A DNA stretch of 64,000 nucleotides, from assembly GCA_023213395.1 (NCBI GenBank), contig CM041465.1:209629741-209693740 (forward strand), read 5' to 3'. Position 1 is the stretch's first letter. Each line of letters starts with the position of its first letter. The DNA is from Cycas panzhihuaensis (Eukaryota > Plantae > Cycadophyta). The position numbers and the translations under genes were made by a program. Positions 51,837 through 64,000 of the stretch are shown here, in pieces. The notes beneath the pieces were generated by a model. The model was not told the DNA's origin. It did no database searches and was given only the letters and a program-made list of their open reading frames with translations.

Positions 51837-54800
51837 GGCAATATTAAGGTAAGACTAACTCAGTTGATATTATAGACCTATCACATAAGTAGGATTTCCC
51901 TAAAATAGAGGGGGTTGTGGTTATGAGGTACTTAGATTCAACCATAAAGGCTAAGATCTATAGTTAGCCATAAGAGGGATTATGTTGACTCTAGGATAGG
52001 TTGGGTGAATCTTGAAGGTGGAGATTTATGGAGTGGGAATGCTTGGTTGAGAAACAACATTATGGGTATATATGACAATTCTAATAAGATAGTACTCACT
52101 TACACCTAGGTAAAACATGGAGGGCTAACCTTAAGGTCCCCTAGGTTATATGTTGTCTCGTTAAACTGGTTGGGAAGTGGGATTAGCAAGAAGTTACCAA
52201 GGAGGAGGTATGACACGTAAAGGAGTATACTATGTCCATGAGAGAAAAGGTAGTGTATTACTATGGGAGTAGGTCCCATCTAAGCCATTTGAGTAGGAGC
52301 ACTAGTTAACACGAATGATAATATAATCTTAGAAGTAGGCATATACAAAGAAGGAATGAACTAGCTCCATTATAGATAAAAGTGATGTATCCCTAAGAAG
52401 GGGTAACAGTGATAATACAAGGAATGAATGGTAGAGTAGTCAAGTATGTAGATAATATCAAGATAAGAACAACTAGGTTATGACTTAAAAGTGAAGTGAA
52501 GGTTTTAGGAACTAGAACATGGGCAGTGGGTACCAATATCATGTGTTAATGGATTGATGGAGTAGGCTACATAGATGACGAATAAGATGTGAATGTGACA
52601 ACCTTCATGTAAGGAAATCTAGATACACCTGCATATAGGAGACTAATCAACCAAATCCATTCAAAGAATAGGTCACGAGAGGTTGGGTGGTATCTCAGTC
52701 AATGAGGTTAAGACCATAATGAGTTAGCCTTCTGTAAGAGGGGATTCTCTTAAGAATTGGTCCTTATAGAAAAGAAGTTAGGGCCTCTTCTTGGAGAGAG
52801 TATGAAACTAAAGAGGCCTAAATGTTAAGATCTAGTTGTAGGTTAGTCTATAAGAATGAAGGTAAAGAAGTGTAATGGTCTCCTGGATAAAGGCCTTGGA
52901 GCCTAACTATACATTTACTCACTTTAAAAGTAAGGGACACTTTCTTAGGAATTGCCATAAAAGACGAGATAAGAAAGAGGTGATAATATATAGTAAAGAG
53001 TAAAGGTGATAGATGTAGAATGAATGGAAGAGAGAGAAAATCTAATTAGAAGAGAAAGCACATTTGGTACCTTCCTAATATCGTTGCCAAAATATGGGTT
53101 GTAATGGAGAGAGGCAGTGTAAAAGAAAAAAATTAGCATGAGGTATATTAATCTAACTCCCTTATATAGATTCCAAAATGTGGGTTGTAGTATAAGGATC
53201 ACTCCCATTAGCCCTCCCAAGAAGGGGAGGGGGTATAAAAAGAAAAGGATCGAAAGGGTATTATGTCTAACTCCCTAATATAATTGCTAGAATATGGATT
53301 ATGATTTAAGGATCAAACTTCATGGAGAGGGGATGCAAAAAGATAAGAGTAAAGTAAGGGATGTCAAGGTGGAGGAAATGGAAAAGTTGAGTAGGACTAA
53401 AGGGGGTACAAATAGGTAATAAAATAGAGCTAAGAGGGTCAAATACATTTGTGTGTATATATGGGTATTTAAAATGGCTATGCTAACACATGGCTCCATA
53501 GATGATAGTGTCATACCCATTGTCAACCTTGGATTATTAGTTGGATAGGCATGCTAATAATCTATGGGAATTGGGTGAAGGTATATGACTAAATGTGCTC
53601 TACCCTAAAAGCAAATAAAAGAAAATGTAACATGATAAAAGGAAATAGGTAGCAAGTAGCTAATGCACTTATCTACTCCTCTTAAGAGATGCAAATAATA
53701 TATAACAAATAATCAAAAGTTGGGAGGGCTACTAGGGCATGTATGTCCCAAGATTATGCACAAGTCTTAAATATTATTCTAATCTTGTCTTACTTGATCG
53801 AAGATAACTATGCTAGACTAACATAGAAAGGAATCGTAGAGGATCAACAAGGAGCAAGATACAAAGGAATGTTACCATAGATTGAAGACCCACTAGTCAG
53901 TTAGTTGATGGGGACTTTCTTACTCAATAACATCCTACCCATAAGTGTGAGAAGTCCAAGGGCACCCACATCCAATTTTAGATAATCTAGACTCCTTAGA
54001 ACTAAATAATAGAAGAAGAAACCACTCTTAATGATTTGAATAAGAGTTCCTTAGCTCCCCAGATTTAATTTAATAAAGATAATCTATCACTTACTACTTT
54101 TATTTAGAACATGCCAAAAGATATTGCCTTATATAAGCTGCAAGATTAGTTATTAATTGATTAAATCTAAATAAAAGATATATCAAAGTCACTTGAGAAA
54201 TTTGAAAGAGGATGCTTAAGTTCTCTCAAAAGGAAAACTATGTGTCATGATTGTATATAATCAAATTGATTTTTGGGGTTCATGATGGTGGGAGAATCAG
54301 ATCATAGAAGTTGGAAGATCCTTAAGGAATCAATTGCAAAAATTGAGATGTCATTAAAAGAGAAAGATATGAAACATCTAAAGCACTATCGTAGCTACTA
54401 TCAAATAGGGATATTGCTATCTAAGTAGCTTTATACTATTTGATGGCACTATCTTAGTTACTATCAAATAGAGCTTGGCCCTCCTTTGACTTAGAGGGAT
54501 ATAGGCCTAGGAATAGGGAAAACAAATATCATAATCTAAATTAAAATTGATATAAACTTTTAATTATATACAAATAATAAACAACCTATGTTAGGAATTG
54601 AAACATGCTAGGTAATGCAAGCAAATAAAATAAGTAATTCAAATGATCAAACAAAAGGCAAACTCATAAGCAAACATAACCAAGAGATTATTTTAAGTCC
54701 TCAAGCACTCTTACACTTGATTTTCTCTAATGAAAAGAAAAACAAGTTCCTTTTTCCCTTAAATAAAGAGTATGAAGGGTAGGTAGAGCTAGTGTCCTTA

Positions 54801-56639
54801 TCTTTTCAATCCTTTTAATATTTTCAGCTTAAAAAAAAAAAAAAAAAAACTCCAAAGCTATGCACAAGAGAAAACACACAAACAAGAAATCATTAGGCAA
54901 AGAGATATTAGGTAAACCTCCTTATGATATAATATTAAAAAAAGGGAAAACCAATTCAAGAAAGAAAAAGGGAAGTCTATCTTACTAAAAGAAACAACAT
55001 ATGCCAATCAAGGAGGATAAATGAAACTAATACAAAGTAAAACTAATGATAGAATAAGTATGAAAAGTGAAAAACAAAAGAAAGAAGAAATTAATGCTAA
55101 ATCAACTTATGCATATAAAGTACCTATAGAGTGACACCTTAGATCCATGTTATAAAGGTGATTCTACTCCTCATAGATGTTATTTCAATGTTAGGAAAAG
55201 AGTGGTAGGATGAATGTATACTAACTAGTATAGTAATGAAAAGTGAGATTGATCCTATAAGGGAAGCCAAGAAGTTGATTCTTAATAACAACCCTAAAAA
55301 ATAAAAAATCAAGGGAAAGAAGCCAAAACAAACTGATAAGGAACTACAAGCATATAAGAATACAATCAACAAGAAGTTTCATAAACTATATCAACAATCG
55401 AGAAAGAATGAAAGGAAATTATCTCAGTTAAAGATCAAGACAAGAGCACCAAAGTAAATCAGGGAAGGGGTAAAAAGACCATAAATGAACCAAAAATAAG
55501 ACTTAAGTGTAACTATAATTCTATAATTGACAAGAAGGTGGAGGCTATAATAAGAAAGCAAGAAAAAAGTAGTAACGCAAATAGGGAATCAAGTGAAAAC
55601 ATTTAAGATGAAAATCCAAAGAAATTTTGTAAAGGTAAACCCAAGAAAATTCGCTATGAAAATCAACATAAGAAACCCTAAAACTTACCACTCCAAATCA
55701 ATTTATTATTGGAATAAATCAAATGGATTTGCAATAGTGAATGAAAGCAAGAGAAGGGAGGTTATAAGAATCAAGTCACCATGGAGAATCCTCCTTCTAA
55801 GACTAGTTCAATAGAAGAATCCAGAGGAATTGATCTTTCAACACTAAATCTTAAAAATAACTAGTCAAAAGACTTTATAAACACCTACAAAAACCTCCAA
55901 AACTAAGAGAAAAGCAAAGTTAGAAAGGCAACATTGAAATCTAAGGATCCAAAATATGGTCCAAAGATTAAAAAATAATCCCAATGCATTGTGACAATGT
56001 GATTGAATATGCATATTTACATATGGTTTTATTGAAAAGCCATGGTGTTGAGAGCTTACAGATTTCACATATTATGTCATAACTTCTGTTCCATAACTCA
56101 AGTTGAGTCAAAATCTAAAGAAAACTTGTATCTTTTTCTATTAACTATGACTTTTCTAAAGGAAGACACTCCAAATTTTCTATGAATTTTTGATAAATTC
56201 TTCCCAAATAGAATGATATCAAATCTATCTAATAACTATTACATGTAGCTAAGGGGTCAACAAACCTATATTTGGAATACTTATAAGGCTTCAAACAAAA
56301 TTTGGGGATAGGTGCATTTGATAAATATTGTCTTTCCCTTAAATTTCACTTAATCTAGATATTAGAAAAGAAAGTTATGACCAAAACACCAAGTTATTAT
56401 CCTTATGTGAATGCCAAGTGGTTGATGAGTGGATAAACTTGAATTTGGAATAGTTAGAAACCCCTAATTAACACAACATTTTGGGGATAAATATACCTAA
56501 TAATGATTCTCTATCCCTAAAATTTTTAATTAATTTTAGAGTCGAGAGATAAAGTTAAGATCAAAAGACCAAGTTCTTATTCCTGCATGAACTTCATGTG
56601 ATTGGCAGATGAATAGACCTATATTTGGCATGTTTAATG

Positions 56640-57266
56640 TTAGAAAATGAGTCAAAATTGATCTAATACCATGTTAAAAGTTTGGATTTATTTTTATCTA
56701 GACATAATATCAAACACCTAATAGGATACAACTATATTGATATGGAATAATTCATCATTCAGTCTAATATATCTCATTACCATCAATAGGGCATACAATA
56801 ACTAATAATGTATAAGGAAAGATAAATCAAATATTCAATATCAATACATAATATTTATAATGGTAAAATCTTAGGTTGAGGAAATATCCACTTTGAATGT
56901 ATGATATCTCATTAATAAAATCTATATAATGAAGGACATGATGAGACCGCATTAGTTTCCAATGAGGAAGCACTACGTGTCTTCATAACTAACCATAAAT
57001 ATGCTATGTTTGTTTATAAAAATAAGTCATTTCATTAATGACTACTGAGATTGTATTAAACATTGACTAATTAGATCATGTATGAGAACCTTCACATTAA
57101 GTAATCAAGTGAGCATTTTTATAATAATTAATGTTAATCCCATATTTACAACTTTAAGAGAGTATGTGTAATGACTGCACGACAATAATATGGTCACTAT
57201 ATAACATGACATGACTGCCATAGATTGAACATATCTTAAACATTATTTCCTAATACTCTCCCTTAA
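56640..57266 (-). repeat. Possible 3' LTR plus PPT of a very old copia-like element
   Basis: ttcctaata|ctctcccttaa resembles the LTR end/PPT junction of copia C. Internal motif atggtaaaatc...gaaatatccac resembles the solo LTR at ~7777-7814. Left end uncertain. Confidence 0.4.
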
Positions 57267-58287
57267 TGTCTAATCTTGTGTTTCCCATGACATCACTAAC
57301 TTTGTCTTCATTTTAAAAAGCTTTATGTTTCATGCTTATTTTTTTTCTCTAACTCTTGAGAAGAAAAATTATCTTCATCTTGCTTGTGACTCACAATATT
57401 TAATTTATGACCTTATAAAGTGATGAATCTATCTTGGTTGTCCATTAGTAATTACCTATCATATAACCATGTTAATAAAGTACAAATATCTTGCAACTAA
57501 TTATTGCTAACCTCAAGTAATCTATTCTAATTTGTGTTGCCATCCACAAAGGATATCTTAACTATGAATTCACTGCATGATTTTAATTGGTGAAACTTCA
57601 AATGTAATGTTTAAATGAAGCACATAAATAACTATCATAAATGTAAACTATATTCTTCTACCACTATGATATACTTATTGTTAGCATATGTTACCACCTA
57701 AAATTACAAAATACCTCCATGTTTGCTTGACTTCATATAAGTAAAGATCACCAAAATACTTATGTAATGATTATTATATTATCTCTATATTCTTCAAAAA
57801 AAGTATATATGATAACTAAACTCTTGCACCTTTTATTCTTTGGAGTTTTTCCTAGATAAACTCCTTCACATCATGTATATTAGAGTTAATCAACATCTTT
57901 TGCACATAAGATACCATATATATAACATCCTTATATTTTGTATCTTCCATTGAGTTGTATGGATAACTAGTTACTACACTCACCACTTTTTAGGATGCAT
58001 TCTAGATATGAGATTTACTACTCATGGTACTCTTAGTTAGAACTATTTTACCTCTTCCAATTTGTGATCCAACATTAACAATCAAATTAAGGTAGACAAC
58101 ATTATAAATATCTTTGGTTTCTTCATATCAAAGAGATATTTGTGATTGATAAAATTCAACAACTTCATTAAGAATTTTCCATCAAGGTGATTAAGGTGGC
58201 TATTTTCCATTATGTTAATTGTTAGCTATATGAATTGATCAAGGGCTTCTTTTCCTTATATTAATGAAGATTCCAATAACAAAGGAT

Positions 58288-58291
<4 letters not shown>

Positions 58292-58351
<60 letters not shown>
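58292..58351. repeat. (TC)30 microsatellite
   Basis: Read directly from the sequence. Confidence 0.98.
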
Positions 58352-58356
<5 letters not shown>

Positions 58357-61300
58357 TTAAATATGTTCTCATGATCTTGAAAATACTTAAGATGAGTCAA
58401 ATTTCATTTCTTTGGGTATTTCTCCACTAAAAAGTACATTAAGCAACATCAAAATTTATGTTGGTACCTACAAGCCATCACATTATATGTATATATACCT
58501 CTAAAAATTCAAATAATAAACTTACAAAAGTGCTAATTTTCACTTGAGTCATTTTTAATAATTAAATATTATATCAAATCTTTATTAAGTGGGTTTATGT
58601 AACTAGTTGTCTTGAAGTTACCAGAGTCATCTTTCCAACACAATTATCTATTTCAAATTTGAACTTTATATGATTAAGTTATGGGCAAAATTATGCCTCC
58701 ATGCCATAAAAAGATATGTTGAGATAAAAAATAGGGTTTAGGCCTTATCTCAAAATAACACATGGCTATATGAACAAGCTTATATGACCATGTGCTAGAC
58801 TTTAGGGGGGATAACAAATTTCAAATGTCAATCCAATCTTATTTAATATGTGATCAACTATAAAAAAATAAATCATATACCATCTATTTATTTTTCACAA
58901 TTTTTGAAATTCTTATGATTTCATATTCACCACAATATAGGTTTACATATGTGCCTCTAACTTGAGGTATCTCTATTTCATAGATCATATAAAATATAGG
59001 TTTGTTCTATCAAATTTTAGTCTTATAAATTATACCTAAATAAAGGATATCACTATACTTGGGGTAGTGATGACATGACATAATAGAAGATTTACCTCTT
59101 TCAAGCCATAATGACCCTCATAATAAAAATCAATTTGTAGATCTTGATCGATCCTGCGAGCTCAAGTCTGCCTATGTAGTTCCTCACTAGTGACGTCTAT
59201 GCTCACCCTCTCAACTCAACTTAGGCCTATAACAATGCTTAATAAATTATATCTTATGCTTTTCCATACTCTACTGCAACCCATTCTTAGCTTTATGAAT
59301 GTATAGCTTAATTCGAATGTCCTTGTCACATGTTGCCTGGCATTCTTCTTATAGTTGTGAATAACTTTTTTTTTCTGTATAAATAATTAGGTAACAAAGT
59401 TACTTATTTCATACCAAAATTCACTCTTTTCACCTTAGTTAGGCTTATGTAATAGCTTAGTACCTCACATGTATTAATATGCCTGCAATCTCATCTTGGA
59501 TATGTATCAACTATATTTTCATGTCTCAATGACCACACATAACAAGTGTGTTTCTTTATAAATAAATAATCACCCATGGGTTTTTCCATCATAACTAGCC
59601 TTTTGGCATGGTTAGGTTCATCTCTTGAATTATTTACATAAGTTGTTTACTAGTTATAGTTTATGTTCATTCAATGGATGTCACTTAGTTAACATTTTAG
59701 TTGGTAGATCTTTTTTAGTTGTTATTTGATTACAAAAGCTTTGATTAGGACATGATTATCTACTTGTTATTTTGTTTTGAGCTATGAGAGTTGAAAGATT
59801 ACAAATTGGATAATTGAATGCATGTGATTGTGATGATCTTTATTTGTTGATGATTGAAATTATAACTTAGTGTTATGTTCTTATCTAATATGGTTCATAA
59901 AACTTCTCTAAGTCTTCCTTTTTTTATCACTTCTTTTTTAATACTATCAAGTGTTATGATTAATTTAAGTCTTGTTTCTACTATTTTTTGACATCTTTCC
60001 TTCATGATATAGTCTTAATTAAAGACATTACTATTTTTAGAGGGCACATTAAGTTAATTCTAATGTTTTCTATTTATTTTTCTATCTCTTTTAGTCTTTT
60101 CTATATTATCATATTTTTGGCAATACTAAAAATGCAACAATATAAATAAAATGTGGCAATATTTACGTTTTCTATTTTATTTATGTTATCATATTTTTAG
60201 TAGAATGTCATATTTTTTACTATTATGCCCATAAGTTAAGAAATAGAACATAGATTTCTCACCTATTTGATCTAATTTCTGCCTAATTTTGTAGCTTGGT
60301 ACCACTCCACTTGCCCTAATTAATCCATAATAATCTTGCCTTCCTCCGTGTAAGATTTGGTTGAGAAACGTTAGCCCAAACTATGGGTAGAAACCATGGC
60401 TTTATCATTCATGCTCTTACTTCTTTTTTTTATAAATCCCCATGTGTTTTTAGAGGGGAGGAGAGTTTTTAGATGTAATGAAATGCTGCCAAATATTTTC
60501 CAGCACTCCTTATTAGTGATTTATTCCTAATTGAAGTGAATTAGAAGTCATCTTCTAAGAAACTTGTGAACTCTACTAGAAAGATTATGAGACCATCTTT
60601 GGCTTAATTATTTCTTAGTTCTCAAATTCACCCCTTCACCCACATGTTGGGTCTTCTTCTCTTAGTTTCTACTAATTCTTTGGCTAAATTCTTCTCTTCT
60701 ACAACTTATATTACTCTCAAGTTTATCATTTTTATGGTGTTTAGAGCTCTCTTTAGAACATGTTAGGCAAGAATATAGTATCAATCTAAGGTATAGTACA
60801 CTCATTTTTATCAGGTTTGAAGTATCTTTTTATAATTTAGTGTTTATTTTACCAATTAAAGTAGTTTGCTATGGCTTAATTAAAATAAAAAGATATATAT
60901 ATATTTTCATTGTAATTTCCATAATTTTTTGTCAAAGTTTACTTATTTCTTTTTCTCATTGAATGATATGACTTGGAGATCAAACCTGTTTTGATTTCTA
61001 TCTCATTCTCACATTGCTGGAAGAACTAAAAGGGGTCATTTTGAGGGATTGAACCAATTTCAATCTATAATATGGATTACCATTGAGCCAAATTACTTTT
61101 CTACCCCTTTTCTTATTCATATTTATAATTTACAAAAAAGTTGATCTCAACAAAGGGTGAAACAAATCAAGCTAATTCTTGGTGAAGAGATGAGTTGTAA
61201 GCAAAGTGACTTTTGATTAAGAGAGTGTCTTTACTCTCTTCCATAGAGTTTTAGACAACTTATGAATTTGCTTGTTATCAAAATTACTCATGTGCAATAG

Positions 61301-63088
61301 AAATATTACCAAAATTTTGATATATTATCCAAAGTTGCTTTCAAATTTTTTTCTTTTAAATGTGATAGTTTAAATATCAAATGCTTTTGATTCTTTAATT
61401 AATTGGCTTCATTCTAAAGTAATGGTAATAAAAAGATGGTGAATCTATTACTTCATAGCTCTATTGTAAGGTACTCACTAATCCTCATATTTTATAACTT
61501 TTCTTTTTGCCTGTAAGATAACATAAACAAAAAAAAGGGAAAAGCAAAAGGAATGACCTTTCACTCATATGGCTTATTGAATTATTTATTGATCTTTCTT
61601 CCTTGTTTACTCATAAGAATGAAAAGATAGAAAGTGAATGTTTGGTTTGGAATAGATAGTTATAATTGCATGTTTCTTAGATTGTCATATTCTTTTACTT
61701 TATAGTAAGTAGGTCATAAAAGGATTGAAAAGAGGTGAAAGAATAGTAACTTAAATAACCATAAGTATAATGAAAGAACTTGGAATCCTTTTTTGCTTAT
61801 GTGATTAGTTTCTTTCTTTTATAATCCAATGAAAGAAAACAAATAAAAGAAAGGAAAGGAAATGCATCCATCTATGTATGATTTGATTATTATGTTATGT
61901 GTATGATTGTTGTTTGCATTCAATCTTAAGTTGTATGCTAGACTTACACATAGGTATGGATTACTCTTATTTAGTCCCTTTAGGATAGGTCTCATCCCTT
62001 TGTTTAGGACTTGCTTGATTACTCAAGACTTAGAATCCCTTGTGTATAAGCTTATCCTCTCCTAAGGATAAATACTTCTCTATGTTAGGAGTCTTTTAAT
62101 TAATTAAGACTTGATATCCCCATCGTACAAACTACTCCTTCCTTAAGATCATCTATTTCTAGTCATGTTCTAAATGCTAGAGGAGGTGGCTTACTATTAT
62201 CATTTAGGTTAAGAATTAATTCCTCTTTCTACCTTCATCTTTAAGTGTGGGAACTCATTAGAATCAACTATAGGCACCCCTAAGTTGTTCATCTGCATGG
62301 ATGGATCATCACCAAGTAAGGAAGTCTACAATAATTAACGCTTGATAGGGTCACTAATCTAGGGTCTAAGCTCTTCTAGGTCCTCACGCTTATCAATCCT
62401 CCTACTCTTTAGCTAGTACGATGTAGATTACTCCTTTTTAAGTGAGAATAGAGGTCTAAGTTAGACTTTTATCCATATAAAGATTTTATGGATATATATA
62501 GAGGAAACCTAAGATGAATACTTTGGGTTAAGGATCCCCAATAATCTTTTTACCTATTAGAGAGTTACTTGTGACCTCCTTGAGATTAAGGGGACTTTTG
62601 TCTAATTTAATTCATTGATTTAAGTGCTAATGGTATTTGAGTTCTATTTGATTTTATTATATATATGTGAAGTAGCTTAATTTGTAAGTTAGTTCAATCT
62701 ATACATCTTTCATCTAGCACACAAGTAAAGAGACTTCTTCAGAGAGGTTGATTGAAAGGTCCACCCTTGAGACATATCATCATTAGTTCCTTTTCACATA
62801 GATTTAATAGGTCGTTGGTCCTAAGATGTGAAACCATTTTTAATGACCATACTGAGGAATTACTAAAGCTTCTTAGCTATGTGTTTTAGACTCATATCTT
62901 GCACACTTGCTTGAGTCCTTCACTAAATTACATCTAGTCTAATTCACTTTATAAGACCTTTCTATGCTAGTTTATTGACTCTATCATATATCATTCCATA
63001 GATCACCATAGATTATTTCCTCATCTTAGTTCTGAAGCACCCATGTCTTATCTTCATACCCCTCTTACATATCCTTATGAGTAGAACC

Positions 63089-64000
63089 TGCTGGATGTTA
63101 ATAAATCAAAGTCATTAGATTAATTATATGAAGGTGACTTTATGTTAGCTAAGTCACATAGTTAAATGTAATTTAATTTATATTTAAGTATATTTTGGGA
63201 TCATGTCATTAGGCATAAAACTCCTTTGGAAACCCTAATGTACATCCTCTGATATATAAGCCTAAATATAAAAGGGAGAGTCATAATTCTCACCTTTTAT
63301 TTTTGCTCTCAATCTTGTTCTCTTCATTTTGCTCTTATTATATGCTATTGCTTTAATGTAGTGGAGTGTGACAACTAGATACTTTACCCAACAACTGGTA
63401 TCAGATCTATTATTAACCCCATTTCCCCACTAGGCTTGCAGAGAGCTATTAATACCTTTCACTCACAATTCATGTGAGTTTGAGATCTTATTTAAGAATT
63501 TTATTTCGAATTAGAGAGCTTAAAATTATATTATTTTATATGTTACTATATTTGATATACGTGCAGAATTTTAGAGGTGAAAAGACTAATTTTTGAAGCC
63601 GTCTGGTTGCCAAAACAACCTCAGAAGCATTAAAGGCCTAAAATTTTATAAAAAATTTGACCATCTCAGATTTTAAAAAAATTTGATATTTATGGTCACC
63701 TAGCTAAGAGAATCATTTTTATCTTTTAGAGTATCTTTAGATTCAACCTATAACAACCATTTTTGGCTAAAATAAAAGGTTAAAATTTATGAATGAGTAA
63801 CCTATGACACCATTCTTAATAAAATCCTTTAAATATGAGCTAAAAATCTTTTTTTTTTTAGGGATCTAGTATATTTGTATCTCTGGAGCATTTCAAGATA
63901 AATCTCATCAAATTTCATCTACTAGTTAATGAGATCTTTGTAATTTTTTTATGGATACTGAATCTGCCTACTCAACCCCACAAAAAACGTTACGAGGATA
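63089..64000 (+). mobile_element. 5' LTR (63089-63393), PBS (63396-63405) and leader of an LTR element running out of the window
   Basis: TGCTGGAT...ACCCAACA imperfect inverted termini (6/8), TATA-like aaatataaaaggg ~63265, tggtatcaga 2 bp after the CA. Confidence 0.7.

Larger units (their letters stand above)
47650..54120 (-). mobile_element. Gypsy gag/leader remnant J (interrupted by element F)
   Basis: Retrotrans_gag-like translation at ~47790-48050: PKLLKFYG...HIQDIALAY...IRIFPKTLL*DA*KLFYKLPNAFILSFQ*LINTFINYF. Preceded by a Tyr/Ser/Pro-rich repeated region. Upper boundary uncertain. Confidence 0.65.

Noticed and set aside
54105-54125. gaacatgccaaaa as a decayed tRNA-Arg PBS of element J
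   Set aside because: Too degenerate, with no clear adjacent TG or partner LTR.
52945-56068. Short hydrophobic or Lys-rich ORFs (52945-53220, 53320-53526, 55139-55372, 55593-55814, 55865-56068)
   Set aside because: Expected from purine/pyrimidine strand skew in TE-derived non-coding DNA; no motifs.
57270-60000. Possible copia interior (aatgggttgcag, QNGVAE-like, minus strand ~59272-59290)
   Set aside because: Only one weak motif, and no run of domains could be read.

Overview
Gene-free, very AT-rich and CpG-poor plant intergenic DNA. The retroelement types suggest a large gymnosperm-like genome (inference only). No intact protein gene, RNA gene or CRISPR array was found. Left half (1-25 kb): a chromoviral Ty3/gypsy (A, +) carries a second chromovirus (B, -, ~2498-17017). 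B carries a Ty1/copia (C, -, 6923-15759, TSD cacga/catga), which carries a solo LTR (7612-8246, TSD agcaa). A also carries a much younger full-length L1-type LINE with an RNase H domain (18235-24540, 14-bp TSD). Right half: two decayed copias (D, E), a Tat/Ogre-like gypsy (G) interrupted by a non-coding LTR element (H), a ~0.87 kb compound TA microsatellite, a gag remnant (J) carrying a 2.1 kb gag-only element (F) that gained a third LTR through a 1006-bp tandem duplication, and further LTR/leader remnants. Two host-gene relics are not identifiable from the ORF track: an intron-less pseudogene of an At4g02110-like tandem-BRCT protein (44358-45284, -) and a cytosolic HSP70 C-terminal fragment (29921-30118, -). 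The least-explained signals are a fixed-spacing ~64-bp module shared by unrelated elements, a long reading frame upstream of and in frame with LINE ORF1, and pervasive C>T/G>A decay that includes non-CG contexts. All alignments and counts were done by hand.
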